NCBI GenBank assembly: GCA_002633005.1
Contig: NMRA01000121.1
Location: 408,434 to 472,433 of the forward strand
Length of the DNA: 64,000 bases
Direction of reading: 5' to 3'
DNA from: Phoronis australis
Lineage: Eukaryota > Animalia > Phoronida
Shown: in pieces, positions 62,324 to 64,000 of the stretch
Layout: each line of letters opens with the position of its first letter
How positions within the stretch are numbered: the stretch's first letter is position 1
Notes under the pieces: model-generated
Told to the model about the DNA's origin: nothing
Seen by the model: only the letters and a program-made list of their open reading frames with translations
Database searches by the model: none
Position numbers and translations under genes: made by a program

Positions 62324-64000
62324 CTAGGTTGAACGACATTAATGAATGTTGGCGTACCTCTATTGTCATGTTTCGACTATTCAATATATTCTCACATTTT
62401 ATAAACTATGTCAGGCCTATATTTCTATATCCCGTCAAAATGCGTCTCTCAAGAGAAATTCGTAACACAGGTTTTCGAGTGATTCACCCAAGATACATGT
62501 TCAGATGTAACATATGTCAAGTTATTTTTGTCCAAATGTGGTGTGTGGTTTAACCTGTCAAAGCTTTATTAGTGTACCTAAGCGGCACAACAATTGTCGA
62601 AGCAAACGTACCTGCATAAGCCCAAAAACGGTGAGTTTGGGGCCATGTCTGTAGGATGCCCTCCCCCCACAGGCACCTACAATCGACCCAATGAGTGCGC
62701 GACATGTTATTTTCGAGAAGAAGGTATTTGTAAAATCGTAGCGATTCCTGTCAACTTCGGAGGTGAAAATTTCATTAAAGGTTAGTAATCTCACAAGTGG
62801 AATTAATTTTTTTCCAAAATAACCTAGTAAACTTTGACAGAACTCTTCCAGGGTCTTTCGCTAAAATCATTTCGCAATTTAGTCGCACTTTTGTCGCACT
62901 AAAACAGCGTTTTGTCGAACTCGAACTGCAATCAGTGCGTCCGACATCACAGTGAGCAGATATGTGGTATTTCACTCGTTAAGTATAATTATACGAGCAA
63001 TTGACATTTCTGTTGGCAAATGTCGAGCATAAAAACACATTCGTCTGAAGGACATGCAGATTCACGTACATGTAACATGACGGCCTTAGTCAAAAAGCGG
63101 AACTTGCTAGGAAAATTGCTTCGCAAAGCCCAAATAAGTTTGAGCATTCTTGCAATTTTAGTAAATATATCGCAGGGTATTTGAGCAAAACGCGTGAGCT
63201 GCCATAGACAGATTTGGGGGGGGGGGCAGGGAGCTCGGGCCTCGCTCCCCCCCGGCCGTCTTGGCTGCGGCAAAATATGAAAAAGCCAGTTCAGGAGTTT
63301 GGGGGGGGGGGGGGCTCAGGCGCGGAAACACGTTCCACATTCTCTGTCCCCGCAACTTCCGGGCCGCCTGTGCACATACACATACAATCTGGCTTTGCCT
63401 AATTCCCATAGGATGTTTGACCCCCTCCCTTATGGGATCCTAGATCCGCCACTGGCTGCATAGCTCCAGTTGACCTAGCTTTACAAATGATTACCTCTGT
63501 CCGTCAAAAAGGAACCTGCGATGAATTAACATGTGTGCCATTTAATACATTGATCAGTTCACAATTCAGAATTAGCAACTGGCCCAGTGACCCTGGTTGC
63601 TTTTGAAGGGTTTGCAATTGAACAGCTCCATTCTTGATTATTTAGTTTCTGTATACTTTGAAGTGAACGGTCTTGAGTTACCACCTTCTGCCTGTGTGTT
63701 GGTGGATCAACATAGGCTTTTCAGCACGTTATACACGTTTAAAATATAAGTAACTTAACAGCCAGTGCGATCTCAGGCTGTGTTTGGTGACCTAGGAAAA
63801 ATCCCAAATCGCAATGCACGAAGTCGCCACAGGAAGTATCAAAATCCGACCGACAATAATTCCCCCATAGGCGAAGTTCGTTTTAAATTTTGTGGTAACT
63901 TCCAATCCCTAAATTACTCAATTTACTTAGATTTAATACCCTTTGTTCACGATTGCTCCGCTTATTTCGTGAAATTATTGCATTTGCCACCCTCAGCGAT

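Noticed and set aside
63494-63515. Possible AG...GT micro-exon upstream of the hydrolase exon
   Set aside because: Contains a stop codon in the phase required to join 62323.

Overview
Eukaryotic, AT-rich, intron-rich genomic DNA, most likely an invertebrate metazoan draft assembly (single-N joins and one N-gap). Three spliced genes can be rebuilt by hand from GT-AG boundaries and exon phase. (1) Minus strand, 17898->6170: a 12-exon, ~586 aa patatin-like phospholipase with bacterial ExoU/VipD-type motifs, an N-myristoylation motif and an inserted EF-hand pair. (2) Plus strand, 33652->47569: a complete major vault protein (MVP) gene, 15 coding exons, 860 aa. (3) Minus strand, at least 62323->49229 and 5'-incomplete: the C-terminal end of an alpha/beta-hydrolase domain fused through an acidic linker to an LpxH/YbbF-like metallophosphoesterase. 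Non-coding features include two Helentron/HINE-like elements in MVP introns carrying arrays of CTCF-like motifs, three tandem duplications seeded at exon-intron junctions, fold-back inverted repeats, a ~70 bp micro-MITE family, a decayed L1/Tx1 LINE, a tRNA-type SINE head and microsatellites. Two tandem duplications look like assembly artefacts. All coordinates were read by eye and family calls rest on motif recognition, not database searches.
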